A stretch of DNA of 64,000 nt from Felis catus (lineage: Eukaryota). The stretch spans positions 114,948,001 to 115,012,000 of the forward strand of contig NC_058377.1 of assembly GCF_018350175.1 (NCBI RefSeq), read 5' to 3'. The notes under the pieces are model-generated. The model saw nothing but the letters and a program-made list of their open reading frames with translations, ran no database searches and was not told the DNA's origin. Below, piece by piece: positions 61,197 through 64,000 of this stretch. How positions within the stretch are numbered: position 1 is the first letter of the stretch; the number at the start of each line of letters is the position of its first letter. The translations under genes were made by a program, and so were the position numbers.

Positions 61197-61719
61197 GAAC
61201 CAACGTCGCCTACGAAGTAAACCGCATTCATGTACACCTGAGAGTCCTTAAAGCGGATTCGCTTGGTTTTGGGGTGCCCTATCCCAAGGGAAGGGCACCG
61301 GCTGCCCTGTCCCTGCGTGGGCGAGGACCCGCACAAATCCCCCGGGGTCGGGGGGCGAGGGGGGCCTGGCTGCACTCTGGCCACCTCAGCCTGGGCCCAG
61401 CCTGTGTCCTCCGGGTTCGTCGCTCTGACCACTCCTCCTGGGAAGGCCCGGTCCCATGGAAGGAACGGGCAGCGGGGCCAGCGGTGGGGAACTGGGCTCT
61501 CCTATCCGGGCTCTTCCTTGTGCCCACCCCTGGCAGTCCCAACTCCCCCACTCCCCTCCACCAAGAAGGGTCCCTCTTATGTCAAGCCTATTTCCCGCCC
61601 CCCAACACACTCTCCAAGATGCTCTGGGTTCCATGAGGCCAGAGTTCACATGGGGCTCCCACGACCACACTGGGGCTCCTTGGCCCGCAGTCCAGGCCAG
61701 CTTGGCAGCGGGTGGGGGG

Positions 61720-63911
61720 TTACACTAGGGGTGGGATTGGGCTGGGGTGATAGGGTTCAGGTGCTGCACGCACCGGAGGCCAGGGAGGTCTGGCTGCTGG
61801 ATCCGGGGCTGGCTTTGGGCTGGGACATCCTTGGGCTTGAGGGTTCGGCCCCGAGGCCACCTCCAGGCCTCTTAGAGCTGTCACCGCAGCTAGCCCCTGA
61901 CCCAGGCCAGGCCTCAAGCTGCCTAGGGCTCTGAGCCTACGCCTCCTGAACTGCAGGTCTGGGGACCCCCAGAAGGTGTTGCTGGAATCAGATGGCAAGG
62001 GGAACTTAGGGGGAGAGGGGATCAGGTTACAGCCTGAGGTCCTAGAAGACTCTGGAAAACAAGGAAAGAGAGCTTGTCAGACAAGGGTCCCCACAGGGAT
62101 CAGTAGATGGGGCGAGGGCCACCACAGCAAGGTGGCAGTGTCCCCTGGGACCCCTCCCCCAGCCCTTCACCCCCTCACAGCGGCACCCCTCTCCTCCACT
62201 TCCTGTGCTCCCCTGGGAGGCTGTGGCTCTGCGGCCTTGTGACTTTGCTGGGGCCACACCCACTTCTGGGCATGCAGAGGCCACAAAGTCTGAGCTCTGG
62301 CTTTGGGTCACTGAGTCGCAGCACCAAGAGTGGCCCTGGGCCAGTTCCCAGCACTCCGCTATAGAGTGAGGCCCTGGCACCCCCCTCAGGGCAGACTGGG
62401 AGGTGTGGCCGTGACCAGTGAGTGCTTCCCTGGACCTGGCCTGGAGTGGGAGGCCTTGGCACCCTTCTGTCCCTGGGTCCCCACTGTCTGTTACCACTCC
62501 CGCTGGGTGCTCTGCCTGTCCTCTGTCTCCCCCACCCCCCCCACCCCAACAGCCCAGGCACAAGCCCACACAGGGAAGGGCACAGGCTTTGTCTGTCCTG
62601 TCCCTCTTCCATCCTGGCCCTTTTGACTCCCCAACCCACAGGAGGGTCATTCAGCCAACCTTTAAGCCTATGGCCTATGAAGGGAAACAAAAATAATATA
62701 AAAACAGGGAGGGGGACCAAACAGAAGAGACTCTTAAATATGGAGAACAGAGGGTTACTGGAGGGGTTGTGGGAGGGGGGATGGGCTAAATGGGGGAGGG
62801 GCACTAACAAATCATTGTTGCACTATATGCTAACTAATTTGGATGTAAATTTTAAAAAATAAAAAATCAAATTAAAAAAAAAGCGCCTATGGCCTATGTA
62901 CTTGCTGCCCCTGCTTACAATGCCCCCTTCCCAGGCTTGCCCCCTCAGTTCTACGCGTCAGTTCAGACCCTTCCTCCAGGAAGCCTCCCTGGGCCCTGCT
63001 GCGTGAGGGTCTCTACAGCCCCCCACGTTTGTTCCATGCAGGACACTCGCGTCCTGGGCCCAGCACAGGCCCTGTGTGCAGGGTAAGGGCAGCACCCTCC
63101 CCGCCTCAGTCCTCTGGCCCATTTGGCGGCCTCTCCCCTCCTTGGGCCTGTGCCCTGCTCCCTGCCCAGTGGGCCTGTCCTGGCCACTCATTGCCACCCT
63201 ACCCTCTCTCTCAGTCCAGAGCCCCTGCTCATACCCCCTTTTGTCCAGCCCCTGGGGCATTATTATCCCGAGCGCTCAGGGGAGGAGGACTTGGGATTGG
63301 AACCCTTGACTGTAAGTCCTCACCATCAGGAGAGGCCCTCCCCGTTACAGCCCCTCTCAGAGTCCAGCTGAGGAAGGGGACCCAAGCCGACGAATGCTGG
63401 TCTGGGGCAGTGAGTGGGGTCACTCTCAGTACCTGGGACCAGACACTGGGGGCCAGAGGGAGTCCTGGGCTTAGATTCGTCCTCTTGTTCTTCGGGCACC
63501 CCCCGTGGGCCCCGGGGGGCTGTGGCACCTTCCTGCTGGGACTCCAGGTACCTACTGGGGAGGGGACCAGAGGGGGGAGGGGGTGCAGCCCTGCCCTTAG
63601 GGCCATTCCCAAACGAATGTGCTCTGGGGTGGTCCCCCAGCCTCAGGCTCCCACGGCCAGCTGCCCCAGCCATCCGGGGTACCTAGGCAGCCCCCCCCCA
63701 CCCTGCCATGACCTCCCACCAAACCAGGACATGCAGTGGTAGGGCTGGGGGCTGGGAGGGGGAGGGGCACCCACCGAAGGCGCAGCTCCCTCCGGGCCTG
63801 GAGCCTAGCCAAGGCCAGGAGGTCACTGCTGTCTGCAGGGTCAGGCCCTGGGGTGGAGGCACTGGCAGCCAGGTCCTCCTGTGGGGCCAGCTGCTCCGGA
63901 GGTGTCCAGGC
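61720..63911 (-). CDS. LRRC56: Leucine-rich repeat-containing protein 56, last three coding exons (partial)
   Basis: Exons: 63775-63911, 63433-63554, 61720-62051; total 591 nt, in frame. Peptides TPGPDPADSSDLLALARL, YLESQQEGATAPRGPRGVPEEQ and DLQFRRRRLRALGSLRPGLGQGLAAVTALRGLEVAS...KPAPDPAARPP resemble the recalled human C-terminus; synteny with LMNTD2 fits. Confidence 0.88.
62680..62884 (+). mobile_element. 5'-truncated carnivore L1 3' end with 14-bp target-site duplication, in an LRRC56 intron
   Basis: aataatataaaaacagggagggggacc...gagactcttaaatatggagaac...gcactatatgctaactaatttggatgtaaa plus poly-A; gcctatggcctatg at 62666-62679 and 62885-62898. Confidence 0.88.
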
Positions 63912-64000
63912 CTGAGGAGAGAAGGGGCTGGTTTGGGGGCACAGCCTTCGAGGGGGCCAGGTGGGGGGCACCCTGAAGGCAGGACTCATCTGGCTGTGCA

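Overview
GC-rich mammalian genomic DNA, most likely from a feliform carnivore/felid (many CAN-SINE/SINEC_Fc-type insertions and a carnivore L1 3' end). It is the syntenic block of human 11p15.5, in reverse orientation. Order: 3' half of SCT (+), CDHR5 (+), IRF7 (+), PHRF1 (-), MIR210 and its inferred host transcript (+), RASSF7 (-), LMNTD2 (+), 3' end of LRRC56 (-). I reconstructed exon chains by hand from GT-AG sites, phase compatibility and my recollection of the human/mouse proteins; no database search was run. All coding genes look intact: CDHR5 about 749-765 aa, IRF7 516 aa, PHRF1 1628 aa, RASSF7 359 aa, LMNTD2 about 622 aa. There is a 183-N assembly gap at 55350-55532. I see no prokaryote-style or wholly new system. 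The most interesting unexplained structures are: (1) three ISREs at an exact 23-bp period in IRF7 intron 1; (2) a 200-bp copy of the HRE/E-box-bearing MIR210 promoter flank inserted into an old MLT1 LTR 1.9 kb upstream and decaying by CpG deamination; (3) a 12-bp in-frame tandem duplication at the end of the IRF7 DNA-binding domain; (4) a shortened mucin exon plus a cryptic exon in CDHR5; (5) an apparent splice-acceptor shift in LRRC56.
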